A DNA stretch of 64,000 nt, from the NCBI RefSeq assembly GCF_006345805.1, contig NC_043002.1:85498001-85562000 (forward strand). The letters run 5' to 3'. Source of the stretch: Octopus sinensis. Lineage: Eukaryota. How positions within the stretch are numbered: position 1 is the stretch's first letter; the number at the start of each line of letters is the position of its first letter. This document shows positions 62,291 to 64,000 of this stretch, piece by piece. A model generated the notes under the pieces. It ran no database searches. It worked only from the letters and a program-made list of their open reading frames with translations, and was not told the origin of the DNA. The position numbers and the translations under genes are program-made.

Positions 62291-64000
62291 GAAGAAGAAT
62301 AGCATACAAGTATTCGAGAATCAAGTGGTAATAATGTCATAGTGTATTCTTTTACTAATGGCGCCACCATCTTCAAGGGTTCTAGCCAATCATGTCAACC
62401 CTAATATCTATTTCAGTCTAGTACTTCTTTTATCCATATCTATCTGTCAATTGTAAACATAAAGGGACGTAACTCAACATATCAGCTTATACTGGTAAAC
62501 ATGAACACAGACGCACGCATGAATGTACATGCATGTGCACAAACATACATATGCATGCAGACACATGTATGCACAGACATTAACTTCTTTGTTGGTTTAA
62601 CTCTGTATTAATTGATCAGACTCAAAGGAAGACCTCCCAGGTGTCTGGATGCTGGAAAAGGAGGAGTTATCTCCAGATAAGGGATGTCATTTGAATACGT
62701 GCAACTTTTGCTCTTTCTGACAGTTAACAAGATTTATCGTGCCAATGGACCATACTTAATGCTGCTCTCTTTAAAGTAACAATAATAACTGGCTGAACCA
62801 ATGATAAAGAAAAACAGGACCATTGAAAATATTTATAACAACAGAATTTCATTGCTTAATCATTCAAACGCAGTCAGGTTGATTCACTTATCTTTTCATT
62901 TTTATTGTCTAATTCAGACATAGTGCCACTGCAATGCCAAAGTTGACATTGCTCTTTAAAAACCAGGCTTTGTTTCTTTGTTTTTTTTACATCAACAACA
63001 ACAACAACAGCAACAATAGCACTAATGATGATGATGATGATGGTGATGATGATAATAATAATAATAGAAATCGCATAATACTGGCTATACACCCACCTTG
63101 CTTCTTTTGAGTTCAGATGAGAATATGTTATTTTAATGTTATTACTCTGTGATAGCAGTGATTACAATGTGGAAGAGAAGACAAAAGATGTTGCCTCTCT
63201 CACAGACAGACAACCAAATTCCAACAGACTGTTGGAATTTTTCAAAGCTGTTCTTCAAATGGGAATCAGAACAACAACAGCAACAATAGAAATAACAACA
63301 AAATATTTAATAAACTACTCTTAAAAACAAAAACCCAACAAAACAGCAAACAAAACTTTGAAATTGCAAATGTTTTAAATTTGACAAAAATCTACATAAT
63401 TTCTGATTTTGCTGCAATGTTTTTCGAAATTTTTCAATGCTATCTTGACCAGATATTTTGTATTATATATTATACCACTTGATGTTGTTGTTGTTTCCAC
63501 TGCTGTTTTGTTGTTGTTGTTGTCGTTGTCATTGTTGTTATTGAAGAATGACAGTTTTTAGCATTTATATATTTGCTATTGTTTAGCTTCATTTCAAGTG
63601 TGTAATAAAACACACTACAGTGTGTTATTTATATTGCAGAAGATGTAAAAGAAAAAAAAGGGGGGAAAAAAAGGACAGAAAAAGAAACAAACAAGAAATG
63701 TTAAGCTATAAAATCTTGAAAAACATTTTTTTCTCTCTCACAATTAATTGAAAGTATCAGGTTAAAATGGTCTTAGAAAAAGCAAAAAAAAAAGCAAATA
63801 AATTTCCAAAATAATTAAAAAAAAAAGAAAAGCATGGCCTCAGTCGGATGGCTGAAACAAGTAAAAGAGTAAAAGAGTAAATATTGAAGCACAATCAGAT
63901 AATGTTTCTTTGACAGTTCCTTTCCACTTGAAAGAATTAACAACAGCAGTTATGGCTCCATTAAGGGAAGAGGTATTCTCACCCATTTATTTTGCAATAT

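Overview
AT-rich eukaryotic genomic DNA, almost entirely interspersed repeats and microsatellites. The SINE families resemble those I recall from octopod cephalopods (Octopus); this is an inference from sequence recall, not a database result. I could not recognise a host protein-coding gene, tRNA/rRNA gene, CRISPR array or prokaryotic system. Nearly all listed ORFs are read-throughs of (TA)n/(TATG)n/(ATT)n tracts or of transposon relics. What is supported: about five tRNA- or RTE-related SINE families (dozens of copies, some with target-site duplications); 3' fragments of RTE, CR1 and R4/Dong non-LTR retrotransposons; a Penelope-type GIY-YIG relic; mariner relics and a mariner MITE; two inverted copies of an 8-bp-TSD MITE carrying TTAGGG repeats; a Helentron-type HINE; a tandemly duplicated non-autonomous Helitron cassette; and a 943-bp near-identical tandem duplication. 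The most interesting signals are RNA-level. One is a type I hammerhead ribozyme motif with all core nucleotides intact (6197-6293). The other is an ~874-bp non-coding element with ~90-bp terminal direct repeats and a hammerhead-like core (44340-45305), which looks like a Penelope/retrozyme-type unit. A (TAA)n-embedded R4/Dong fragment (15383-16014) is also notable. SINE boundaries without a TSD are approximate (about +/-20 bp). A few candidate exons are reported at low confidence only.
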